The position numbers were made by a program, and so were the translations under genes. From Somniosus microcephalus (lineage: Eukaryota): a stretch of DNA of 64,000 nt. The notes beneath the pieces are model-generated. The model was not told where the DNA came from and did no database searches. It was given only the letters and a program-made list of their open reading frames with translations. Positions 40,370-50,763 of the stretch are shown in pieces. The stretch's first letter is position 1. Each line of letters starts with the position of its first letter. The stretch lies in contig CM126215.1 of the NCBI GenBank assembly GCA_052327205.1, positions 54,746,001 to 54,810,000 on the forward strand. Reading direction: 5' to 3'.

Positions 40370-40893
40370 GTCCAAAGATGTGCGGGTTAGGTTGATTGGC
40401 TATGATAAATTGACCCTTAGTGTTGGGGGGATTAAATACGTGGGGTTACGGGGATAGGGTGGGATATGTGTTGGTGTAGGGGTTACGGGGATCGGGTGGG
40501 ATATGTGTCGGTGCAGGCTCGATGGGCCGAAATGGCCTCTATCTGCACTGTGGGGTTTCTGTGATTCTGTGAAGTGAAGTTTTTGGGCTATTCCGAGGGT
40601 GGGAGCTTCGTTTGGTTCAGCCAGGCGAAGGGGTTTATGCGACTGGGTAATTCGTCCAAAAATGTGCGGGTTAGGATGATTGGCTATGATAAATTGACCC
40701 TTAGTGTTAGGGGGATTAAATACGTGGGGTTACGGGGATAGGGTGGGATATGTGTTGGTGTAGGGGTTACGGGGATCGGGTGGGATATGTGTCGGTGCAG
40801 GCTCGATTGATCAGCCATGATCTCATTGAATGGCGGAGCAGGCTCGAAGGGCCGAATGGCCTACTCCTGCTCCTATCTTCTATGTATCTATGT
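40370..40893 (+). mobile_element. Two HE1/V-SINE 3' segments plus a CR1 tail within the LTR
   Basis: gtccaaagatgtgcgggttagg.. at 40370-40572 and again at 40654-40807, followed by tgatcagccatga..ggcctactcctgctcct at 40808-40893. Confidence 0.75.
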
Positions 40894-41170
40894 TGGTAGG
40901 GGTGGAATTATAGTCCACCATAGCTGTTTTTAAGGGAATTACTGCTCGTTATAGGCCCCAGTTTTGTACTGTATGTATGTTGATTGTAATCTGGATTTTA
41001 TTCTCCACAGGGATTGTGATTTAGTTTAGTAGTGCATGTTTTAGCCAGTGTATGTTAGACCAACTAAATACAAGTTTGATTTTTCACCGAAGCATTCCTG
41101 TCTGTGACTTATTTCATTTATGTAAGAAGTCACACAACACCAGGTTATAGTCCAACAGCGTTATTTGAAA

Positions 41171-41207
41171 TCACAAGCTTTCGGAGCGCTGCTCCTTCTT
41201 CAGGTGA
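41171..41207 (-). ncRNA. Minimal type I hammerhead ribozyme motif (Penelope-type)
   Basis: Minus strand reads UCAC-CUGAAGA-A-GGAGC-AGC-GCUCC-GAAA-GC-UU-GUGA: intact core, 4-bp stem I, 5-bp stem II and palindromic AAGCUU at stem III. Lies in a Penelope-like terminal fragment at about 41122-41210. Confidence 0.75.
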
Positions 41208-41834
41208 AGTCTGAATTACACTCTGAATAATAATTCCCGGGTATAGAACTTTCGTAAGGCGGGGGCGATTCGAACCGTCCGTCTAGCAATTGGGCTAGGA
41301 TCAAAAACCGTTTACATCTCCTGGCGACCAGCGGCAGGATCTGGGTTAAAGGAGTGTAAAAACCGCCTACAGTGCCTGTGTCGTCTCTTTGAAAGAGCTA
41401 TCCATTCCTCTGCTCTTTCCCTAGAGCCCTGCAAATGATCAAGTATTTATCCAATTCCTTTTTGAATGTTACTATTGAATCAGCTTCCACCATCCTTTCA
41501 GGCAGAGCATTCCAGATCATAACTCTCTGCATAAATTTTTTAAAAATCTCCCTCTGGTTCTTTTGCTAACTATCTTAAATCTGTCCCCTCTGGTTACTGA
41601 CCCTCCTGCCAGTGGAAACAGCTTCTCCCTATTTACTCTATCAAAACCACTCAATTTTCTGTTTGGCTCTGCCACTCAACATGTTAACCAGCTGAACCAT
41701 CCGGGAAAAGCTTGGCAGCCTTCCTACAAGAAAATAAAATATTGACCGAAATAAAACAAAACCAGTCAAGATAAGGCATGGCACTTTACAATTGAAAAAC
41801 AATGCCATTGGCTATTATCTGATCATTTCCTTAC

Positions 41835-42009
41835 CCAACAAGGTAGCAATCAGTGCAGAGTCTATCCCATCAATGGGTTCGCAGATTCGAGCCACGACTG
41901 GATGCACTTGCTGGGAGAGGTAGTACTGTGAGTCAACGGTCAAGGTTTCCTGTTTCTGCAGCTGCTCTGGTGCATAGGCTCGCTGGCTGGCACTCAGGTT
42001 TGAGCCGTC
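41835..42009 (-). CDS. POLA1: POLA1 coding exon
   Basis: [58 protein letters not shown] plus G. Acceptor ctgtag, donor gtaagg, 175 nt, ends in phase 1. Confidence 0.97.
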
Positions 42010-42715
42010 CTACAGAAACACAAGGGTTTTATCTTTGCATTGAAACATTAATCACCAAGACCAATATTACTAACCTAAGAGACGGCAAGTTCATTAAAAA
42101 AAAGTGTACTTTGCCCAGGGAGTTTAAGAGGATGTATTCATAAATATATAATGAAGAATTCCTTTGTTAACACATAAATCTGTGAAGTCCTCAAACATGC
42201 TTTTTGCAAACAAAATTTGCACTGTGTAATCCTATTGTTTTGAAAAAGAATCAAGGATACATACTAATTTGCATTTTAAGGTTAACTTTGTTTTCACATG
42301 ATGTGCAGTTGTCTGGTTATCTACAGGTTGTCCTTCTGTTACAACCAATGTATGTCCTACACTCGTATCACTTGACAGATTGAATTTAGCAACTTAATTA
42401 AGTTTATCAGCTTTTTTAAAAACATACAGCCAAAAACTAAATATTTGTTTGAGGGATTGCAGTAAACCCTAATGCTTTCTGGACTCAACCTCAGCTTCTA
42501 AGCATCAATATAGGAATTTTCATTTGTATAAATCCTTCAAAGTCCATCCACTGGGAGAGGGAAATCAATTTAGCTGGGGATCAGTTTCTCAACACTGGAA
42601 CTTCCGCCTCTGATAAAACTTTCAAGGCTCAAACTGAGAGTCAGTTAGCAGTTGGCAACCTGTCCATTCTGAAACCTTGATTTGGTTGAAAGTCATTTTC
42701 CCCCCCAGTTCTTAC

Positions 42716-42847
42716 TTGACAAATGATGTAGGAGATCGTGTCCCCAGCTTTCATTTTCCGTCCACCTTGGGAATTTATCCACATGGCAACATGGACATGT
42801 GGCAAGCTTTTCTTATCTGGGTAATCTTGAGGATCTTTCGTCAAAGC
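42716..42847 (-). CDS. POLA1: POLA1 coding exon
   Basis: [44 protein letters not shown]. Acceptor ttttag, donor gtaaga, 132 nt. Confidence 0.97.
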
Positions 42848-43431
42848 CTAAAATGATAAAGCAAACACAAGCAAATATCACAACTTTAGTTTATTCTACA
42901 AAAATGCAAAAAGACAAGTGGGGAAAAAAGTGTACCCACAGAAACCAAAGTCCTAGTTTATAAACTCACAATTTATATTTCATTTACCTATTCTCTCATC
43001 TAATGGTGCTGTTACAGTACCAGTTTATGCTAGTTTGTCACTTCTTGCTTAGAACAATACTTAGCCAAGCAACGTCGGGTTATACTGCCAGCTCTACACT
43101 ACTGAATCATGAACACAGAGTTCTCCACATTCATGTCAATATTTAACTTTGTTCATTGGCACTCAAATCCTAAGACAGGATTGTCTATACCGTGCTAATG
43201 TTAAACAAGTTAAAAACAAAGTTTAGAAAGTGCCCAGTACAGGCTGCCAGAAATTTTTTTGAAGTTAGCTTCACACTATGTCGTTATATTGTACTTCATG
43301 GGAAGCAAAATGGAGCGAGATGATAGCCTCAAAATAAAAAAAAATCTACTTGCACCACTTACCAGAATTTGATTTGCTTTTGGTCAGTGACTTCGATCCC
43401 TAATTATACTGCATCAATGCAAAAACTTCCG

Positions 43432-43852
43432 GCCCACTCGTAGCCAGCGCATTTCCAGCAACAGATTCTCTTCCCACCACTTCACTGCTGGAGTCTGCCA
43501 AGGATCTATCCATGGCCACCTCCTCTCATCATCTAGATGCTGCTCCTTAGTGACTTTATCCGCAGATATGGAGTCAGATTCCTCATGTAGGCCACTGATA
43601 CCCAGCTCGACATCAACTCTGCACCATCCCCCATAACCCTTCCGCTGCTCGTGTTTAAATCCCTTCATGGCCTCACCCCCCCTTATCTCAACCTCCTCTA
43701 GCCGTACAACACCCCGCCCCACCACCCCATCCCAAACTCTCCGTTTCTTAGATTCTGGCCTTGTGCATTCCCCATTCCTTCACCCCATTGATGGCTGTGA
43801 CATTAGCCAGCCAGGCCTTTATAGTCTATAATAAATGCAAGTCACTGCTGTT
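43432..43852 (+). mobile_element. Degenerate L2 fragments
   Basis: ccaaggatctatccatggcc (PQGSIxG), degenerate YADDTQL, ttaaatcccttcatggcctcacccc, and tail ctatataataaatgcaagt. Confidence 0.7.
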
Positions 43853-44465
43853 GGATGTAAGTTCCTATACACAAATTAGTTTGCACCGTACTTGCGACCA
43901 ATTAATTTTTTTCTAAACATGGGAGCTGGAGGTTAAAAGGACAATGACAGAAAATATTGGGGGTGGGGGGGGGGGGGGGGGGGGGGGTTAGGGGAAGGGC
44001 AAAATCAAAAAATCCTCTTACCAATCCCAACATACAAGTATCAGTGTAAATGATTCCTGCAAAACTTACTTTTCATTTTTACATATACAGTACAAAATAA
44101 AAATCATCTGCATGAATGTCCAGAATGCTTATGCCTATACAAGTGCTAACTTTAGTCCATCGTTCTTCCAATGCGTACATTGTCTGTGTTTTTTTTAAGT
44201 TTGGGCTGCATCATGTTCTACTTGAGGTCCCTGAAGAGCAACATCTGTGTGAAGTCATTGTCAGTAAGCTGTAAAACACTAGTTTCAGGAGATTATATAC
44301 CAAAATCACAGCTGAAGCTATTTTATTAAAAACAAGCTGTATTTAACCTCCCTGCAGACACTGTGCAAGTGTTGCCCATCTCCTGATGAACTCTCCCCAT
44401 CAGCTCAATAACTTAAACCACAGTACATTGCTACTGTGGACTTGACTCTAAGCAAAAAAGGATAA

Positions 44466-44929
44466 GTGGGAAAAATTTGGTTGATTTGCACCTCCCATTA
44501 GCGCCCTAAGAGGGAGCTAAACAACTAGCACCCGGGCACGGCGCCACCAACGCCTCCTGCGAAATTCAGCGGGAGGGGTTAGCGGCAGTGGTAACCGTTA
44601 GTGCCCTGTGGCGCTGCGCCTCCGGCGATGACGTCATCGCTGTGTGCAGTGGACCAGCTGGGCCCCGGGTTGCGCTGCGCTAGGCCCCTCCCCTTTAATA
44701 AGGGGAGGAAGGCCTGCAGTACCGCGGCATGACGTGGCGAAGCGCGTGGCACTGCTACACGTAGCGCTGCGATATTTACTTGCTGTGCCCCAAGAGGGAG
44801 GTGGGGTGCTTCCATGAGCGCCCGCCTCCCTCTTGGGGCGCTACCAGTGAATTTTGGGCACGGGGGCGCTAACTTTTTCGGGGTGCTAAAAGTAGCGACC
44901 TAAAGGGGACACAACCCAATTTTGTCCCC
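44466..44929. mobile_element. Harbinger/PIF-like MITE, CpG-rich
   Basis: TAA on both sides (44463-44465 and 44930-44932). TIRs gtgggaaaaatttggttg / caacccaattttgtcccc match at 14 of 18 positions. Confidence 0.75.
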
Positions 44930-45141
44930 TAAGTGTTTTATTAGTTTAACCAAACAGCAAATTGTTTTCATCAGGCATTAGGAGCCACAACCACAACTAC
45001 ACACTGGCTTGGGAATACCATAATTTACTAAAATACACAACAAAACTGAAACTACATAGCAAGTCAATGGACATTATTCTCTCTTTATTTTACCACCTTT
45101 TCTTTTAGGTTTTAACATAAATCTGAACAAAGCAAACTACG

Positions 45142-45282
45142 TAGGTATGAGGGGTGAGTTGGCGATGGTAGATTTGGGAAACTAGATTAAAAGATATGAT
45201 GGTGCATAAGCAATGGTAAACATTTAAAGAATTCATAATTCGTAACAAATATACATTCCCCTAAGGATTAAAAACCCAACAA
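45142..45282 (+). mobile_element. Old CR1 ORF2 fragment, left part (resumes at about 50764)
   Basis: ggtatgaggggtgagttggc..aaatatacattcccctaagg..aaaaacccaac is homologous to 47490-47620. Confidence 0.7.
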
Positions 45283-45294
45283 TATTATGGCGTA

Positions 45295-46425
45295 CAAAAG
45301 CAAAATACCGCGGATGCTGGAAATCTGAAATAAAAACAGAAAATGCTGGAAATACTCAGCAGGTCTTGCAGCATTTGTAGAGAGAGAAACAGAGTTAACG
45401 TTTGAGGTCGATGACCCTTTGTCAGAACTGGAAAAAGTTGGAGATGGAACACGTTTTTAAGCAAGTGTAGGGGCAGGGAGGGGGAGGGGAGGAAAGAACA
45501 AAAGGGAAGGTCTGTGATAGGATGGAAGGCAGGACAGATTAAGAGACAAAAGGGATGATGGTGCAAGGCAAAAGGAGATGGTAATCGGACAAGTTAAGAA
45601 ACAAAAGATGACTCTAGATGGAGTGTAAATGGCAATGGCAGAATGATCAACAGCTGCCATGTGAGAGAGAGAAAAAAAGATAGGGGCAGAGGTTATGGTC
45701 TGAAATTGTTGAACTCGATGTCGAGTCCAGAAGGCTGTAAAGTGCCTAACCGAAAGATGAGGTGCTGTTCCTCGAGCTTACGTTGAGCTTCATTGGAACA
45801 GTACAAGAGGCCGAGGACAGAGAGGTCAGAGTGGGAGTGGAGCGGAGAATTAAAGTCCGTCACCCTTATGGACTGAACGGAGGTGTTCCGCAAAGCGGTC
45901 ACCCAATCTGCGTTTGGTCTCCCCAATGCAGAGGAGACCTCATCATGAGCAGTGAATACAGTATACTAAATTGCAAGTAGTACAAGTAAATCGCTGTTTC
46001 ACCTGGAAGTGGTGTTTGGGGCCCTGGACAGTGGGAAGGGAGAAGGTAATAGGGCAGGTGTTGCATCTCCTGCGCTTGCATGGGAAGGTGCCGGGCGAAG
46101 GGGAAGGGGTGCTGGGGGGTGATTGAGGAGTGGACCAGGGTGTCGCGGAGGGAGCGATCCCTTCGGAATGCTGAAAGGGGAGGCGAGGGGAAGATGTGTT
46201 TGGTGGTGGGATCACGCTGGAGGTGGCGGAAGATGATCCGTTGAAAGTGGAGGCTGGTGGGGTGAAAGGTGAGGACAAGGGGAATCCTATTGTGGTTCTG
46301 GTGGGAGGGGAAGGGGTGAGAGCAGAAGTGCGGGAAATAGAATGGACACAGTCAAGGGCCATGTCAACCACGGCAGAGGGGAATCCTCGGTTGAGAAAAA
46401 ATGTCGGAAGCACTAGTATGGAAAG
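45295..46425 (-). mobile_element. Penelope-like element, 3' part (GIY-YIG endonuclease and terminal repeat)
   Basis: CKRRRCNTC..FTCTTCNLVYCIHCS, then GLLxIGETKRRLGDRFAEHLRSV and RKLEEQHLIFRLGTLQPSGLDIEF. Confidence 0.9.
45394..45429 (-). ncRNA. Degenerate hammerhead motif in the Penelope terminal repeat
   Basis: AGUU-CUGACAA-AGGGUC-AUC-GACCU-CAAA-CG-UU-AACU has the same topology as 41171-41207 but the G8 and G12 core positions are mutated. Confidence 0.6.
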
Positions 46426-46430
46426 CACTA

Positions 46431-49400
46431 GCGTGGCTCAAAGACTGGTGTGGGAAAAATGGGTTTTGCTTCTTGGGACACTGGCACCAGTACTGGGACA
46501 GGAGGGAACTGTTCCGTTGGGACGGGCTTCACTTGGCCAGCACTGGGACTCGAGTCCTGGTGAATCATATAACTAGGGCTGTAGAGAGGGCTTTAAACTA
46601 ATTAGTGGGGGGGAGGTTTCTAGAGAGCAAATAATAAAAATGACAACAGAGAAGGTCATAGACTTAGGTAGCAGTGGGGGAATTAAAAAACAGAACGTGT
46701 CAGGAAGGGACAGAAGGTATGGAGTAAAAGGTAAAGCAGTAAAAGGGGAAAAAACAGGAACTAAGTGTCACAAAACATATTTGAAAGTTCTTTATCGGAA
46801 TGCACGTAGCATTCGTAACAAAATGGATGAGTTAACGGCACAAATAACTACATATGGGTATGATCTTGTGGCCATTACAGAAACATGGCTGCAGGGTGAC
46901 CATGACTGGGAATTAAACATACCAGGTTATTTAACAATCAGAAAGGACAGGCAGGAAGGAAGGGGAGGTGGGGTGGCTATGTTAATAAAAGGAAGGAATC
47001 ACTATAATAGAGAAATGATATTGGGTCGAAGGAGCAGGATAGTGAAACAGTTTGGGTGGAGATAAGGAATAATAAGGGGAAAAAAACACTAGTGGGCGTA
47101 GTCTATAGGTGCCGAACAGTTGCAACTCTGTTGGACGAAGTATTAATCAGGAAATAGTTGAGGCTTGTAATAAGGGAACAGCTATAATTATGGGGGATTT
47201 TAACTATCATATTAACTGGACAAATCAAACTGTGCAGGGCAGCCTTGAGGATGAGTTCATTAAGTGTATTAGGGATGGGTTTCTTGAGCAGTATGTAACT
47301 GAACCAACCAGGGGGCAAGCAACCTTAGATTTGGTCCTGTGTAATGAGACAGGATTAATTAAAAATGTCCTAGTAAAGGATCCCCTTGGAATGAGTGACC
47401 ATAACATGGTTGAATTCCATATTCAATTAGAGGGTGAGAAGATTGGATCTCAAACAAGCGTGCTGAGCTTGAATAAAGGAGACTATGAAGGTATGAGAGC
47501 GGAATTGATTAGAGTGGACTGGGAAAATAGATTAAGGGGTAAGACGGTACATGATCAGTGGTGTACATTTAAGGAGTTATTTTACAACTTCCAAAAAAAA
47601 TATATTCCACTGAGGAAAAAAAGGTGTAAAAAGATAGCCACCCGTGGCTAAGTAAAGTAATTAAGGATAGTATCCGACTAAAAACAAGGGCATATAAGGT
47701 AGCCAAATCTAGTGGGAGGATAGAAGATTGGGAAGTCTTTAAAAGACAGCAAAAAATAACTAAAAGATTGATTAAGAAAGGGAAGATAGATTATGAAAGT
47801 AAGTCAGCAAAAAATATAAAAACAGATAGCAAAAGTTTCTATAGTTATATAAAAAGGGTGGCTAAAGTAAATGTTGGTCCCTTAGAGGATGAGACCAGGA
47901 AATTAATGGTGGGAAACATGGAGATGGCAAAAACGCTGAACAAATATTTTGTATCAGTCTTTACGGTAGAGGATACCAAGAATATCCCAACACTGGACAA
48001 ACAGGGGGCTCTAGTTTGGGGGGGGGGGGGGGGGGGAGCGGGGAGGAGCTAAATACGATTAAAATCACTAAGGAAGTGGTACTTGGTAAAATAATGGGAC
48101 TCAAGGCGGATAAATCCCCTGGACCTAATGGCTTACATCCCAGGGTCTTGAGGGAAGTGGCGGTAGGGATTGTGGATGCATTGGTAATAATTTTCCAAAA
48201 CTCCCTGGACTCAGCAAAGGTCCCGGCAGATTGGAAAACTGCTAATGTAACACCCTTATTTAGAATGGGTAGTAGGCAGAAGGCTGAAAATTATAGACCG
48301 GTTAGCCTAACATCTGTGGTTGGTAAAATTTTAGAGTCCATTATTAAGGAGACAGTAATGGGACATTTGGATAAACATAATTTAATAGGACAAACTCAGC
48401 ATGGTTTCATGAAGGGGAAGTCATGTTTGACAAATTTGCTTGAGTTCTTTGAGGAAGTAACATACAGGGTGGATAAAGGGGAACCAATGGACGTAGTGTA
48501 TTTAGACTTCCAAAAGGCATTTGACAAGGTGCCACACAAAAGATTATTGCTCAAGATAAAAAATCACGGGATTGGGGGTAATATTCTGGCGTGGGTGGAA
48601 GATTGGCTCTCTAACAGAAAGCAGAGAGTTGGGATAAATGGTTCATTCTCAGACTGGCAATCAGTAACTAGTGGTGTTCCACAGGGGTCAGTGCTGGGTC
48701 CCCAACTCTTTACAATCTATATTAACGATTTGGAGGAGGGGACCGAGTGTAACATATCAAAGTTTGCAGATGATACAAAGATGGGAGGGAAAGTAGTGAG
48801 TGAGGAGGACATAAAAAACCTGCAAAGGGACATAGACAGGCTAAGTAAGTGGGCAGAGATTTGGCAGATGGAATACAATACTGGAAAGTGTGAGGTTATG
48901 CACTTTGGCAGGAATAATCATAGAGCAAGTTATTATCTTAATGGCAAGAAACTGGAAAGTACTGTAGTACAAAGGGATCTGGGGGTCCTGGTGCACAAAA
49001 CTCAAAAGGTTAGTATGCAGGTGCAGCAAGTGATCAAGAAGGCCAATGGAATGTTGGCTTTTATTGCTAGGGGGATAGAATATAAAAACAGGGAGGTATT
49101 GCTGCAGTTGTACAAGGTATTGGTGAGACTGCACCTGGAATACTGCATACAGTTTTGGTGTCCATACTCAAGAAAAGACATACTTGCGCTCGAGTCAGTA
49201 CAAAGAAGATTCACTCGGTTAATTCCGGGGATGAGGGGGTGGACATATGATGAGAGGTTGAGTAGATTGGGACTCTACTCATTGGAGTTCAGAAGAATGA
49301 GAGGCGATCTTATTGAAACATATAAGATTGTGAAGGGGCTTGATCGGGTGGATGCGGTGAGGATGTTCCCAATGATGGGTGAAACTAGAACTAGGGGGCA

Positions 49401-50045
49401 TAATCTTAGAATAAGGGGCTGCTCCTTCAAAACTGAGATGAGGAGAAACTTCTTCACTCAGAGGGTGGTAGGTTTGTGGAATTTGCTGCCCCAGAAAGCT
49501 GTGGAAGCTACATCATTAACTAAATTTAAAACAGAAATAGATAGTTTCCTAGAAGTAAAGGGAATTAAGGGTTACGGGGAGCGGGCAGGAATTTGGACAC
49601 GAGTCTAGGTTTAGAATGGTCGTGGCCCTGTGGGTAGTGGAGCGGGCCCAGGGGCCATGTAGCCTGGTTCTGCTCCTACTTCTTGTGTTCTAATTCTGTT
49701 AGATTTCAAGAGATGGTTTTATTGCTGTTCCTGGCTGGGGTGGAGATCGCCTTTACAGAAGGTAAGTACTGTAGAAAATATAGGGACAAAGTGATCTCCT
49801 GGACGAGTTTCGATAGCCTAGATGGGTCGGAGAGGAATTTCCCAGATTTTTTCTCCCAAATTGGCCATTGTTTTTTTTTTTAAAAATCTGGTTTTTCGCC
49901 TCTCCCGGGAGATCACATGGGTTCGGGTGGGATGGAGAGTGATAGTATATTTGAGGTTAGGATCAGATCAGCCATGATCTTATTGAATGGTGGAGCAGGC
50001 TCGAGGGGCCGATTGGCCTACTCCTGCTCTTATTTCTTATGTTAT
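46431..50045 (+). mobile_element. Young CR1 LINE: ORF1 C-terminus, ORF2 and extended 3' UTR
   Basis: ORF1 esterase-like end (WLKDWC..DGLHL), APE endonuclease (NARSIRNK, ITETWL, GGGVA, MGDFN, SDH) with frameshifts, and an open RT region at 48016-49608. Confidence 0.95.
48016..49608 (+). pseudogene. CR1 ORF2 reverse transcriptase region, open for 530 codons
   Basis: KSPGP..YRPVSLTS..QHGF..YLDFQKAFDKV..GVPQGSVLGP..KFADDTK. The frame to the endonuclease is broken upstream, including at the poly-G run near 48018-48036. Confidence 0.92.
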
Positions 50046-50327
50046 GTGGCATCGTCAGAGCAGATGCGGCAGAGACGGAGAACTGGGAGAATGGAATAGA
50101 GTCCTTACAGGAAGTGGGGTGGGAGGAAGTGTAGTCCAGGTAGCTATGGGAGTCAGTGGGCTTATAGTGAATGTTTGTCAATAGCCTATCCCCAGAGATG
50201 GAGACAGAGAAGTCGAGGAAGGGAAGAGTCGGAGAAGGACCATGTGAAGGTGAGGGAAGGTGGAAATTGGAAGCAAAGTGAATGAAATTTTCTAGTTCAA
50301 GGCGAGAGCAGGAAACGGCACCGATAC
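50046..50327 (-). mobile_element. Penelope-like element, upstream part (RT C-terminus)
   Basis: TNIHYKPTDSHSYLDYTSSHPTSCKDSIPFSQF, colinear with the piece ending at 46425. Confidence 0.88.
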
Positions 50328-50760
50328 GGATTGTTGAGTAGATTGGGCCTGTACTCTCTGGGGTTTAGAAGAATGAAAGGTGATCTCATTGAAACATAAG
50401 ATTCTGAGGGGTATTGGCAGGATAAATGCTGAGAGATTGTTTCCCCTGGCTGGAGAGTCTAGAACTAGGGGGCATAGTCTCAGGATAAGGGGTAGGTCAT
50501 TTAAGACCGAGATGAGGAGGAATTTCTTCACTCAGAGGGTTGTGAATCTTTGGAATTCTCTGCCCCAAAGTGCTGTGGATGCTCAGTCGTTGAGTATATT
50601 CAAGACTGGGATAGATAGAATTTGGACTCAAGGAATTAAGGGATATGGGGATAGGGCAGGAAAGTGGAGTTGAGGTCAAAGATCTGCCAGGACTTTATTG
50701 AATGGCGGAGCAGACTCGAGGGGTTAAATGGCCTAATCCTGCTCCTAATTCTTATGTTCT
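50328..50760 (+). mobile_element. CR1 3' fragment
   Basis: AERLFPLAGESRTRGHSLRIRGRSFKTEMRRNFFTQRVVNLWNSLPQ followed by the tail cttatgttct. Confidence 0.9.
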
Positions 50761-50763
50761 GAT

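Larger units (their letters stand above)
39782..41371 (+). mobile_element. Solo LTR (1590 bp), probably Gypsy-type, mosaic
   Basis: Starts TG, ends CA, and has 4-bp TSD gtgc (39778-39781 and 41372-41375). Orientation inferred from TATA-like cataaa at about 40250 followed by a CT-rich tract, and polyA-like actaaa at about 41063. Confidence 0.8.
39745..41655 (-). mobile_element. CR1 3' fragment split by the solo LTR (pieces 39745-39781 and 41372-41655)
   Basis: Joining the pieces restores ..ccatcgtgcctgtg..ctctttgaaagagctatcc, as in other tail copies. Confidence 0.75.

Noticed and set aside
48016-49608. Domesticated reverse transcriptase gene
   Set aside because: It is simply a young CR1 copy. 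The endonuclease part is frameshifted and the ORF start is an artefact of a poly-G run.
49791-49845. Hammerhead ribozyme suggested by CGAAAC on the minus strand
   Set aside because: No CUGANGA box at the required position.
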